From: Mustelus asterias | Lineage: Eukaryota | Length of the DNA: 64,000 bases | Direction: 5' to 3' | Assembly: GCF_964213995.1 (NCBI RefSeq) | Contig: NW_027590388.1 | Location: 124,001-188,000, forward strand | Shown: piece by piece, positions 1 to 11,224 of the stretch | Position numbering within the stretch: position 1 is the first letter of the stretch | How the letters are laid out: each line of letters opens with the position of its first letter | Notes under the pieces: generated by a model | Told to the model about the DNA's origin: nothing | The model's database searches: none | What the model saw: only the letters and a program-made list of their open reading frames with translations | Program-made: the position numbers and the translations under genes

Positions 1-240
1 CTGATCCGCAGCCGGTAAAGATGTGGAAACGCGCAGGGCCGATGGAGTCGGCGGGTGAACGGGGAGGGTTTCTAAATACCTGCTGAAAGCCTCAAACCGC
101 GAATACGGACCTGCAGGTTCCGCGTTTGCAGCTCCGGTTTGTCCTCCCGGGGCGAAGACCCCGGTTACCAGCCGCCATCTTAGTTCAGCGGAGGGCAGAG
201 CGCATGCGCTGGCGTCTTGGTGACGCGCATTGTGACACAA
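1..240. promoter_or_regulatory. CpG-rich promoter (left-truncated) with YY1 and NRF1 motifs
   Basis: CpG-dense; GCCGCCATCTT (YY1, minus orientation) at 171-181; GCGCATGCGC (NRF1 palindrome) at 200-209; near-identical copy from 40468. Confidence 0.7.
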
Positions 241-865
241 CAGAGAGTGGATGGGATTCAGGATTTCTGTTTTTAACTGGGTCCTAGTGCCCGAGGCCAC
301 ATAAAAGGTTCAGAGACACTGGTCAGAACTTTCTGGTTCAGTGAGGAAGGTTCCCTTTGGTTTTGTTGATGCTTGGTTGTTGATTTTTGTCTTTCAGTTC
401 GTTTGGACCATATGATTGGAGGGAATAAGAAAGGAAAGAATGTTCCATCCAAACTAGAATTGTCTGTTTTGAATTTCTATCCTGTATTTACACTGATAAC
501 TTCTGTAAACTCCTTTTACAGGGGATTAGGATGGGAGGATTGACAGGTGGGAAACTTAAATCAAACATCACATTGAGATCTGACAGTCATTCGATTCATC
601 AGGACCTGAATATCAATGTGGAAGGAGAAATGTTTATTTGTTCTGTCTGTGGGAAAAGATTTCAGACATCAGTGTGATTGGAAAAGCACCGAGACACACA
701 CACACCCGAGTGAAGGTGTTCCAGTGAACTGACTGTGGAAAGAGCTTGAACCAGTTACACAGCCTGAAAAAACATCACACCATTCACAGCAGGGAGGAAC
801 CGTACATGTGCAGTGTGTGTAGTCAACTGATCATCAACCTGGAGAGACACAAGGATACCGGCACC

Positions 866-1624
866 ATGGAGAAACCATGGAAATGTGAGGATTGTGGGAA
901 GGGATTCAAATGGCCATCCCAGCTGGAAATCCATCAGCGCACTCACACTGGGGAGAGGCCATTCACCTGCTCCATGTGTGGGAAGGGATTCAGAGAGTCA
1001 TCCAACCTGCTGCAACACCAGCGAGTTCACACTGACCTGAGACCTTTTAAATGTCCAGACTGCGGGAAGGGCTATAAAAGTTCTGGGGACCTGATGTCCC
1101 ATCAACGTGTTCACACTGACCAGAGGCCATTTAGGTGCTCTCACTGCGGGACTGGGTTCAGGAAATCATCTGAATTCACTGTACACCAGCGCACTCACAC
1201 TGGGGAGAGGCCATTCACCTGCTCCATGTGTGGGAAGGGGTTCATTAATTCATCCAACCTGTCGAGACACCAGCGCACTCACTCTGATGCAAGAACTTTT
1301 AAATGTCCTGACTGTGAGGAGAGCTTTAAAAACAGTGATAATCTGCTGAGACATCGACGCACTCACACTGGAGAGAGGCCATTCGCCTGCTCTGAGTGTG
1401 GGAAGGGATTCACTCGATCAGCCGCACTGCTGACACACCGGCGAGTTCACAGCGGAGAGAGGCCGTTCACCTGCTCCGAGTGTGGGAAAAGATTTACTTG
1501 TTCATCTCATCTATTGAAACACCAGCGCACTCACACTGTGGAGAGACCATTCACCTGCTCTGAGTGTGGGAAGGGATTCACTCAATCTTCTAACCTGCTG
1601 ACACACCAGCAAATTCACAAGTGA
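866..1624 (+). CDS. C2H2 zinc-finger protein, 9 fingers (ZNF-1)
   Basis: ORF 746-1624; ACCATGG start at 866 (alternative in-frame ATG at 806); 9 CxxC...HxxxH fingers with HTGERP-type linkers; putative acceptor ttttacag|g near 520. Confidence 0.9.
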   Translation: MEKPWKCEDCGKGFKWPSQLEIHQRTHTGERPFTCSMCGKGFRESSNLLQHQRVHTDLRPFKCPDCGKGYKSSGDLMSHQRVHTDQRPFRCSHCGTGFRKSSEFTVHQRTHTGERPFTCSMCGKGFINSSNLSRHQRTHSDARTFKCPDCEESFKNSDNLLRHRRTHTGERPFACSECGKGFTRSAALLTHRRVHSGERPFTCSECGKRFTCSSHLLKHQRTHTVERPFTCSECGKGFTQSSNLLTHQQIHK

Positions 1625-1924
1625 GTGCAGAGGTTGGAGTTCTCTGTTATTGCTGCTGTTGATCACATTGAGGACTAAATGTGTGGATTAAACCTGAGGT
1701 GTGTAAGGAATGTGTCCCAGCTGCTCTCTTCCATGGTTCAGAGCTCCTCGGCACGGAACAGAGGCTCCTTTACAACTGTGTTTAGAGTCAGGAAGAACAA
1801 CAGTGAATGCTGGAAACATGCTGTCAAATCAGAGATTGTTGTAAAACTGGGATCTGTTCCTGAGTGAGAGTGAAACAGCAGGTTTAAGTTTCCTGTCTGG
1901 AACTGATTGTGGTAATTATGGTAA

Positions 1925-2300
1925 TCATAGAATCCCTACAATGCAGAAGGAGGCCATTTGGCCCATCGAGTCTGTACCGACTCTCTGTCAGAGCATCTTA
2001 GAACATAGAACATAGAACATTACAGCGCAGAACAGGCCCTTCGGCCCACGATGTTGCACCGACCAGTTAAAAAAAAAACTGTGACCCTCCAACCTAAACC
2101 AATTTCTTTTCGTCCATGAACCTATCTACGGATCTCTTAAACGCCCCTTCCCCAGACACACCCCTCCCACGCTAGCCCCATTACCCCACGCATTTACCCC
2201 ACTAATCCCCCTAACCATAACATCTTGGGACATCTATGGGGCAATTTAGCATTGGTCAATCTGTCTAACCTGTACATCTTTGCACTGTGGGAGGCAACCA
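1925..2300 (-). mobile_element. HE1-like SINE 3' part with a nested ~150-bp CR1-type 3' tail (about 1999-2146)
   Basis: catagaatccctac...ggccatttggcccatcgagtctg SINE tail; the nested (agaacat)n-tailed piece is absent from the duplicate at ~43085. Confidence 0.7.
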
Positions 2301-3009
2301 GGGAGCATTTCCGTGGAGATGCTGCTTCTACCCAGAGTGTAATGGTAATGCTGCTGCACTTTGATACGACTGCTCAGACATCAGACTGTGTCAGCTCTTA
2401 TTGATACTGAATAAAATCTAACCACTGTCACCAATAAGGGCTATTACTGGGAATCATTTCAGAGTTTGGGAAAAGAGAATAAAGGGCTAATGGACACCCC
2501 GAATCCCAATTCTATAGATTAAAAGGATGTTCACAATGCTCTGGGTCCAAATGGTTTCTCTTCAGCTCCTCTGCACCTGTTACTGTGACTCCACACTTTG
2601 GGCACATGGACTGAACCCCAGGGGTTCCGTCACCACCTGCCCCAATCGCCTAGTCTCCTGCCCCGATTGGCTGGAGGCCCATTTCCCAGTCAGTCTTCCA
2701 GCACCTTCCTGTCTCTCTATCAGTGCGACGTCCAGGGCAGTTTCCCAACTGGGGCACAGGCCCCATTATTCTCAGCTAAATTCAGCTCTTAGCTCCGTTG
2801 CCTGGCTGGCATTGACACAAGCAATAGAGACAGAAAGGTGCCCCAGGGTCAAGTGGGAACCTGAAACTTGTAGCTTTCAACAAACTCTTCAACATTTGTG
2901 CATTCAATACCTGTTTTTGTATGAGGTTGTTATTTTTCCATTGAGGCACTGGAGGCAAAGAATAACTTTCCCTTTCTAACTTTGTATTGTCTGTTGTATC
3001 AGCCACGGC

Positions 3010-3438
3010 GCAGTGGATCACAGTCTTCCACAAGAAACTACCAAGGGTCATGAACAAAGCCCAGTCCATCTCACAAACCAGCCTCCCATCCATTGACTCT
3101 GTCTACACTTCCCGCTGCCTTGGAAAAGCAACCAGCATAATTAAGGACCCCACACAACCTGGACATTCGCTCTTCCATCTTCTTCTGTTGGGAAAAAGAT
3201 ACAAAAGTCTGAGGACACGTACCAACCGACTCAAGAACAGCTTCTTCCCTGCTGCCATCAGACTTTTGAATGGACTTACCTTGCATTAAGTTAATCTTTC
3301 TCCACATCCTAGCTATGACTGTAACACTACATTCTGCACTCTCTCGTTTCCTTCTCTATAAACGGTATGCTTTGTATAGCGTGCAAGAAACAATACTTTT
3401 CACTGTATGTTAATACATGTGACGATAATAAATCAAAT
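3010..3438 (+). mobile_element. Rex1/Babar-type LINE 3' fragment
   Basis: Translates as HSLFHLLLLGKRYKSLRTRTNRLKNSFFPAAIRLLN, the typical C-terminus of this group; aataaatcaaatc tail; related copies at 44430-44847 and 61160-61425. Confidence 0.7.
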
Positions 3439-3439
3439 C

Positions 3440-3585
3440 TTCACTCTGAATCTGAAGATTGTTCTTTCCAATCCAAGTCCATTGACCTGAGGCCAACATT
3501 CAAAGTGCCAGCACTGAGGGAGTGCTGCATTATTAGAGCTGCTGCCTTTAGGATGAGATGTCAACCCAAGTACCCCATCTGCCCC
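3440..3585 (+). mobile_element. DeuSINE/SacSINE1-like SINE, 3'-truncated
   Basis: gtgccagcactgagggagtgctgca...taggatgagatgtcaacc core; the duplicate (44848-45260) is longer. Confidence 0.55.
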
Positions 3586-5039
3586 TTTTATCCCCAAAGT
3601 GACCATTACCTGACATCAGAGTTGGGCTGATTGTGACGTGACACTTGGTCAATTTGGTGACCAGATTAATTTAACCGGATCCCCAATTACTGACACCACC
3701 TTCTCTCATTATCTTAGACAGGAATACAATTGCACAGTTTCACACTAACCCTTTATCTGATTCTATACAATCAGGTACTCAGACAATTTCAAATTCTGAG
3801 ACAAATCAGAGCTTGAAGTTCTCTCTTGAAAATACATTTATCATCATTGCACATTCTTCACATACACAGCAATTCAGATTATAATTTTTACAGCAAATAA
3901 AACTCAGCTTTTACGATAAGCCGACATGTGACACTAATAGATAAATTTAAAAACAGTGACTGATTCTTGATTGATTTATTAATTGTAACTCAATTAAATC
4001 TCACGACTTCTCCAATCATCTATTGCTGATCGCCAGCTAATTAATACAGTAATCTTTAATTAATATACTTGGCTACTACAAGATAGACTAGTTCAGAAAA
4101 TGTGTGCCACGGAAATGTATACAGCAACATCATGCTGAGCAGAGCATATAAAAACTGCATTCATCGTGGACCCAAATGTATGGATTTCATTTTTGATGAG
4201 ACTTTGTAGAAATGGAATTGTTATTTTTAAAAGACAGTTTGTAGAAAGACAACAGCTTTCTTCCTTACTAATCCTGACCAGACTGAACCTTATTCTTCAG
4301 CTGGACTTTGGAAGAATATGATATCCTGTAGCTTATCAAAATTAGAGAATAATTTCTTCCTTTAAACAATTTCTGCTGGCTCTGCGGTTTCTGGAAACAT
4401 TTCAGGTGATTCAGTGTTAATATTTTAAAATAAAGATCTAGCCTTTATGATGTAATTGTCTATTACACTGAGTCACGAACGATATCTTAATCAAGGTTCA
4501 TTACTGAATCTGTTTCATGACTGGGTTTTAATATAAAATCAATTTGTAGCAAATAAAGACAACTGACAGAAGGTGAACAGACTGTTAGAAGCCACATGTT
4601 TTGAGTTTAAAATGGCTTCCTTGACCTTGTTACTTATAGCAATGAACATGGTATGAAAATGATTGAATTTTAAAACTAAATTTGATTACCCAGGCCTGCA
4701 GTTTCCTCCATTAGCACAGTCACTACAATTCACAGAACTTCATTCACTGTATAATGCTTCAGGACAAAGGCAGAGTTCGATAGATTCCAGAGAAACAAGG
4801 TGGTGAAAGGTTATCAGGGGGAGGTGGGAATGTGGAGTTGAGGTTTCAATTAGATCAGCCATGATCGTGTTGAATGGCAGAACAGGCTCCTGATTCACAT
4901 GTTCATCTGACACCCGGTGGTTGTGAGAGGTGCTACAGAAATGCAATTTTTTCTTGTTCTCCACAATATTGTATATATTACACTCAGTCCCTGCATCAAA
5001 ATCATTGTTAAAGGTTGAGTCTAAATTTGACACATTTTG

Positions 5040-5380
5040 AATGATGGGCTGCTTTTCTCTAGAAAAGAGAAGACTGAAGGGTGACCTGATGGAAGTCTTT
5101 AAGGTTATGAAGGGGTTCAATAATCCAATAGGGATTTCAGTGAGAAACCTCTTTACCAGCGAGTGGTGAGAATGTGGAACTCACTACCACAGCGAGTGGT
5201 TGAGGTGAACAGCATGAATACATTGAAGGGGAAGCTGGATGAGGGAGGGAGAAAGAAATAGAAGGATATGCTGATGGGGGGAGATGAAGAGGGGTGGGTG
5301 GAGGCTCATGTGGAGCATAAATACTGACACAGACCAATTGAGCCGACTGGCCTGGCCCTGTGCTGTAGACTCAATGGAAC
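5040..5380 (+). mobile_element. Degenerate CR1 3' fragment holding the single ancestral 33-bp unit
   Basis: LEKRRLKGDL-like and QRVVRMWNSLPQRVVE-like translation; cagcgagtggt occurs twice, 33 bp apart (about 5157 and 5190). Confidence 0.75.
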
Positions 5381-5663
5381 AGAGACTAATGTATTTATTT
5401 TAGATCTACCTGTAGTGGTAGGAAAAACACTATTTACTGTCCAGGATAAAATAAATATCCTTCATCAGTTTTTGTGGATCATTTCAGTGGAAATGTGCCC
5501 TCGCTCAAAGAGCATCAGCCCACTGGAGGTAAAGTTGTGAGACCAGCCAGTCCAGCAGAAAGAAACCCTCCGACCCTCTCACTTCACCAACTGTCAGAAT
5601 GAACATGCTTCAGTCCTGGATGTGATTAATAGCAGCAATAACAGCAGAATTCAGCACCTGTCA

Positions 5664-6605
5664 TCACTTGTGAACTCGCCGGTGTCTCAGCAGCTTTGAT
5701 GACTGAGTGAATCCTTTCCCACAGTCAGAGCAGGTAAACAGTCTCTCCCCAGTGTGAACTCGCTGGTGTGCCCGCAGGTTGGATGAATTACTGAATCCTT
5801 TCTCACACTGAGAGCAGGTGAATGGTCTCTCTCCGGTGTGAACCCGCTGATGTGTCTGCAGGTGGGATGACTGAGTGAATGTTTTCCCACAATTTGGGCA
5901 GGTGAATGGTCTCTCCCCAGTGTGCAATCGTCGATGTTTCTGCAGATTTGATGCATAAGGGAAACGCTTCCCACACTCAGGGCAGATGAACGGCCTCTCC
6001 CCAGTGTGAACTCGCTGATGTATCAGCAGATAGGATGAATCAGTGAATCCCTTCCCACACCCGGAGCAGCTGAACGGTCTCTCCCTGGTGTGAATTCGCT
6101 GGTGTCTCTGCAGGTTGGATGAATTACTGAATCCTTTCCCACACTCAGAGCAGATGAATGGCCTCTCCCCGGTGTGAACTCGCTCGTGTGTCTGCAGGTG
6201 GGATAACTGAGTGAATCCCTTCCCACACTCTGAACACGTGAACCATTTCTCCCCGGTGTGACCTCGCTGGTGCATCAGCAAGTTGGATGATTCACTGAAT
6301 CCCTTCCCACAATCGGAGCAGGTGAATGGCTTCTCCCCGCTGTGAACTCGCTTGTGTGTCTGCAGGTGGGATGAACTTGTGAATCCTTTCCCGCACTCAG
6401 GGCAGGTGAATGGCCACTCCCCTGTGTGAACTCGTTTGTGTGTCTGCAGGGAGGATGAATGAGCAAATACCTTCCCACACTCCAAGCAAATGAACGGCCT
6501 CTCCCCAGTGTGATTACATCGATGAGTTTCCAGTTGGTGTGAGAAATTGAATCCTTTACCACAGTCTCCACATTTCCACGGCTTCTCCATGGTGCTGGTG
6601 TCCAT
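5664..6605 (-). CDS. C2H2 zinc-finger protein, 11 fingers (ZNF-2)
   Basis: Intact 313-aa [15 protein letters not shown]...HRRVHK; paralogue of 49685-50878. Confidence 0.92.
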   Translation of the reverse strand: MDTSTMEKPWKCGDCGKGFNFSHQLETHRCNHTGERPFICLECGKVFAHSSSLQTHKRVHTGEWPFTCPECGKGFTSSSHLQTHKRVHSGEKPFTCSDCGKGFSESSNLLMHQRGHTGEKWFTCSECGKGFTQLSHLQTHERVHTGERPFICSECGKGFSNSSNLQRHQRIHTRERPFSCSGCGKGFTDSSYLLIHQRVHTGERPFICPECGKRFPYASNLQKHRRLHTGERPFTCPNCGKTFTQSSHLQTHQRVHTGERPFTCSQCEKGFSNSSNLRAHQRVHTGERLFTCSDCGKGFTQSSKLLRHRRVHK

Positions 6606-7396
6606 GTGTCTCTCCCAGTTTGATAGTCAGCTGAAGCCTCATCCACAACAAAACACCCGAACGGTCTCACCCCAATGTGACTGGTGCTGTCTTTTCAAGC
6701 TGTGTTGGAGTTTTTTTCCACAGTCAGTTCACTGGAACGCTCTCACTCCGATCTATGTGCGTCCATGCTTTTCCAATCACATTTATGGTTGAAATCTCTT
6801 GAAGCAGAAGAACAGACAAATATTTCTCTTTGTAGATGCCAAAGGCGGATGTTGTCCAGGTCCCGATGAATGGAGTTAATCTGTCAGATCACCATGAGTA
6901 TTTGTTTTGAGATTTCTGTCTGGAAATCCTCTTCTGATATCCTGTAACACGAATTTCCAAAATTCATCACTGTCAGTGCAACTTAGAAATTCAGAAAAGA
7001 CAATTCCAATTTTTATAGAAAATTCTTTACTTTTTCCCACTATACACCCTCCCAATTCTCCTAAAGGTGCCAATTCATGTTGGTTAACCAATCTATGCTC
7101 ATCACTTCCTGTTCAAATGTGTGTAATATGCAGCACTCATTACTTGGTTGGAGATATGGTGGGTGCAGCGAGTGATCATGATCTGGAACTGGGTGCCCAC
7201 GGATCTGGTGGCATTGAAAGCAATTAAAGATTTCAAACTGAAATTGGAGGCACACTTGAAGGAAATAATCTTGCAGGAGAATGAGTAGATGGAGGGGCAA
7301 TGGGTCTGACTGGATTGCTCTATAAGGAGTTGACATGGACTCCTTCTCTATTGGAATAACGATGCCTGGAAATATATTAACATAGTTACAATGTTC

Positions 7397-7738
7397 TCAT
7401 AGAAACCCTACAGTGCAGAAAGAGGCCATTCGGCCCATCGAGTCTGCACCGACCACAATCCCACCCAGGCCCTACCCCCATATCCCTACATATTTTACCC
7501 ACTAATCCCTCTAACCTACACATCTCAGGACACTAAGGGGCAATTTTAGCATGGCCAATCAACCTAACCCGCACACCTTTGGACTGTGGGAGGAAACCGG
7601 AGCACCCGGAGGAAACCCATGCAGACACGAGGAGAATGTGCAAACTCCACACAGACAGTGACTCGAGGCCAGAATTGAACCCAGGTCCCTGGAGCTGTGA
7701 AGCAGCAGTGCTAACCACTGTGCTACCGTGCTGCCCCA
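7397..7738 (-). mobile_element. Full-length HE1/V-SINE-type tRNA-derived SINE
   Basis: Minus strand ggggcagcacggtagcacagtggttagcactgctg (A box), gggttcaattc (B box), V-domain gtggagtttgcacattctc...gggtttcctccgggtgctccggtttcctccc, tail gtttctatg. Confidence 0.85.
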
Positions 7739-7758
7739 TTCTATTACAAGACTAGAAT

Positions 7759-7927
7759 TATAGAATCCCTACAGTGCAGAAGGAGGCTATGCATCTCATC
7801 CAGTCTGCACTGACCACAATCCCACCCAGACCCTATTCCCATAACCCCACTTAATGACCCTGCTATTCCCACAGACACTCGGGTCAATTTTACCACGGCC
7901 AATCAACCTAACCCGCACATCATTGGA
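7759..7927 (-). mobile_element. HE1-like SINE 3' fragment
   Basis: Repeats the 3' half of the adjacent SINE. Confidence 0.7.
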
Positions 7928-8059
7928 CGAACCTGTGTTGAAGATATTAAAAAGGCCATGTGTTTAACATAAAGTCAATTTATTTGACTATTATCCACAA
8001 TATTAACATCTATAAATGGACTGTTGTTTATTAACAGCAATGGAAACAGACCCATTCGA

Positions 8060-10110
8060 ACATAATAATTAGGAACAGAAGGAGGCCACTTGGCCCCTCG
8101 AGCCTGTTCCACCATTCAATAAGATCGTGGCTGATCTGATTGTAACCTCAACCCCACATTCCTGCCCACTACCCTCACCAATAATCTTCCATCTCCTTGT
8201 TAATCAGGAGACCATCTTGCTCTGTCTTCAAAATATTCCAAGATTCTGCTTCCTCTGCCTTTTGAGGAAGAGAGTTCCAAAGATCCATGATCCTCTGAGA
8301 GAAAACACTTCTCCCTATCTCTGTCTGAAACACATTTTTAAACAGTGTCTCCTTGTTCAAAATTCTCCTGCAAGAGAAAAAACATCCTTTCCACAACAAC
8401 CCAGTCAATAGCCCTCAGAAACGTAAAAGGTTTCAATCAAGGCCCCTCTTGTTCTTCTAAACTCCAGTGAACAAGCCCAGATTCTCCAATCTTTCCTCAT
8501 AAGACAACCTGCCAATTTCTGGTATTAGTCTGGTAGACATTCTCTGAACTGCTTCCAATGCATTTACATTTTCCTTAAATAAGGAGTTCAATACTTTAAC
8601 AACACTCCAGATGTGGTCTCACCAGTGTCCTGTATGACTGAAACATAAACTCACTCCTTTTGTAACCACTTTCCTCACAATAAACAATGACATTCTATTA
8701 ACTTTCCTGATTACTTGCTGTACCTGCATTCCAGCCTTTTGTGATTCATGCACTAGGACACCTCTGAATCTCAGAGCTCTGCAACCTCTCACTATTTAAT
8801 GTTTTTTGAAATATTTGGCAGGAATTCCTGCCAAAATTGATAATTCCACATTTGCCCATGTTATGCTCCATTTGCCAAATATTTGCCCACTAGCTGAACT
8901 TTATCTACATCCCTTTGTAGCCTCCTTACATCCTCTTCACAACTTACTTTTCTACCTTTGTGTCCTCAGCAAATTTAGCGACCATGCTTGCATCCAAGTC
9001 ATTTACATAAATTGTTAAAAGTAGAGGTCCCAGTTCTGATCGCTTTGGCACACCACTCGTCACATCCTGTCAACCAGATAAAGATCCATGTGTGCCAACT
9101 CTGTTTCCCGTTAGCTCGCCAATCGTCTTTCCATGCCATATTACCCCCACACTGTGAGATTCTATTTTCCACATTAAGCTTTGATGTGGCAGCTTATCAA
9201 ATGCATTTTGGAAATCTAAGTACAGTACATTCACCTTTGCTGCCCCATTATCCAATATATAAAGGCACCATCTCCCAGATGTCCCCTTGAGAGGGAGAGC
9301 TGACTGGTGGTCACTTAACCTGAGGATCATAAATTCATAAGATATAGGAGCAGAATTAGACCTTCGGCCAATCGCGTCTGTTCCACCATTCTATCATGGC
9401 TGATAACCTCCTCATCCCCATTTTCCTGCCTTCTCCCCATAACCCTTCAACCCATTACCAATTAAAAATCTGTCCAACTCCTCTTTAAATTTACTCACTG
9501 TCCCAGCATCCACCACCCTTTGGGACAGCGAATTCCACAGATTCACAACCCTTTGGGAGAAGCAGTTTCTCCTCAACTCTGTTTTAACTTTGCTGCCCCT
9601 TATCCTAAGGCTATGACCTCTCATCCTAGAATGCCCCAGAAGAGGAAGCATCCGTTCCACGTCTGCTTTATCCATACCTTTCATCATCTTGGATCACCAC
9701 ACCTCACGTGAGGGGCAAGATTGAGGAGACGGCACCTTCATGAATAACCTTGGTTGGCACGAGAATTGAAACTGTGCTGTTGGTGTCGCTGTGCATCACA
9801 AACCAGCCACCCGGCCAACTGAGCGAACCGACCCCCTTTATCCAAAGTATATGTGACTCCTTCAAAGAACTCCAATAAATAGGTCGAATATGATTTCCCT
9901 TTCTCAAACCATGCTGACTCTCTCTGGTTGTCTGAATTTTTCTCATTCTCATGATATCTTTAATAAAGATATTTTCCCTACATCAGGTTTTATATTAAGT
10001 GGTCTTTAGTTTCCTTTTTGCCTCCCTCCTTTTTTTGAATAAAGGAGTTACATTTGCTACTTTGCAATCTACTGGAATCTTCCTCAAATCTCGCGACTGT
10101 TAGATAATTA
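8060..10110 (-). mobile_element. Old degenerate CR1 LINE (ORF2 3' region) with nested insertions
   Basis: Fragments LYLDFQNAFDKLPH, FSQRIMDLWNSLPQK and ESQHGLRKG; orthologous piece at 54920-55620. Confidence 0.75.
9262..9833 (-). mobile_element. tRNA-derived SINE split by a CR1 3' fragment (about 9330-9690)
   Basis: Minus-strand head ggggtcggttcgctcagttggcc; ggatca repeated on both sides of the CR1 piece, which translates as KTELRRNCFSQRVVNLWNSL. Confidence 0.65.
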
Positions 10111-10354
10111 AAACGGTGCTATTTCCTTCCCTGTTCAAAATTCTCTGCTGTTCAGGTTACGATACATTGTGCAATTCCATCCAATCCTGATCTGATGTTT
10201 TGTGCAAGTTTCCTGACCCCAAATCCTCCCCTTCGAAGACCAATTATATCAACACCTATAACAGAGCTGGAGTCACTTTTCAATTCAGCAGAAACAGACC
10301 CAAAGGTACATGATTCAGTCTGAACACGAAAACAGCAAAATCCAATCACAACAG

Positions 10355-11224
10355 TTACTTGTGAACTCGCTGGTGTCTCAGCAGATTGGATGACTGACTG
10401 AATCCCTTTCCACACTTGGAACAAGTGAACGGCTTCTCCCCGGTGTGAATTCGCTGGTGTGTCAGCAGAGTGGATGAGTGAGCAAATCCATTCCCACACT
10501 GGGAGCAGGTGAACGGTCTCTCCCCAGTGTGAGTGCGCTGGTGTACAGTGAGTTGAGATGATTGCTTGAACCCAGTCCCACAGTGAGAGCACCTGAATGG
10601 TTTCTCATCAGTGTGAACACGTTGATGGTAGTGCAGATTTACAGAATTTTTAAAGCATTTCCCACAGTCTGGACATTTAAAAGGTCTCTCATCAGTGTGA
10701 ATCCGCTGGTGTGTGGAGAGGGTGGCTGACTGAGCAAATCTCTTCCCACACTGGGAGCAAGTGAATGGCCTCTCCCCAGTGTGAATTCGCTGGTGTAATG
10801 CGAGGTTGGAAGACTGAGCGAATCCCTTCCCACACTGGGAGCAGGTGAACGGCCTTTCCCCAGTGTGGATTCGCCGATGTTTCAGCAGATGGGATGAGGC
10901 AGTGAATCCTTTCCCACACTGGGAGCAGTTGAATGGTCTCTCGTCAGTGTGAGTTCTCTGGTGTATGTGTAAGCTGTTTGACTGAGTGAATCCCCTCCCA
11001 CACTGGGAGCAGGTGAATGGTCTCTCCCCACTGTGACTGCGCCGATGAATCTCCAGCTGGGAAGGGTAATCGAATCCCTTCCCACAGTCCCCACATTTCC
11101 ACAGCTTCTCCCTGTTGCGACTGCAATTATGTTCCGAAAGGCTGGATGATTGGTTAAAGTCTTGTCCACACACAGAACACGTGTACAGTTTCTCTTCACT
11201 GTGAACGGTGCTATTTCCTTCCAT
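10355..11224 (-). CDS. C2H2 zinc-finger protein, 9 fingers plus 1 degenerate (ZNF-3)
   Basis: Intact ORF, ATG of MEGNST at 11224; acceptor atttcacag|g at 11333. Confidence 0.9.
   Translation of the reverse strand: MEGNSTVHSEEKLYTCSVCGQDFNQSSSLSEHNCSRNREKLWKCGDCGKGFDYPSQLEIHRRSHSGERPFTCSQCGRGFTQSNSLHIHQRTHTDERPFNCSQCGKGFTASSHLLKHRRIHTGERPFTCSQCGKGFAQSSNLALHQRIHTGERPFTCSQCGKRFAQSATLSTHQRIHTDERPFKCPDCGKCFKNSVNLHYHQRVHTDEKPFRCSHCGTGFKQSSQLTVHQRTHTGERPFTCSQCGNGFAHSSTLLTHQRIHTGEKPFTCSKCGKGFSQSSNLLRHQRVHK

Noticed and set aside
5687-6670. Alternative-frame ORFs over ZNF exons (GRDSL..., MWEGIH...)
   Set aside because: Well-known shadow frames of C2H2 arrays; same for the equivalents at the other ZNF loci.
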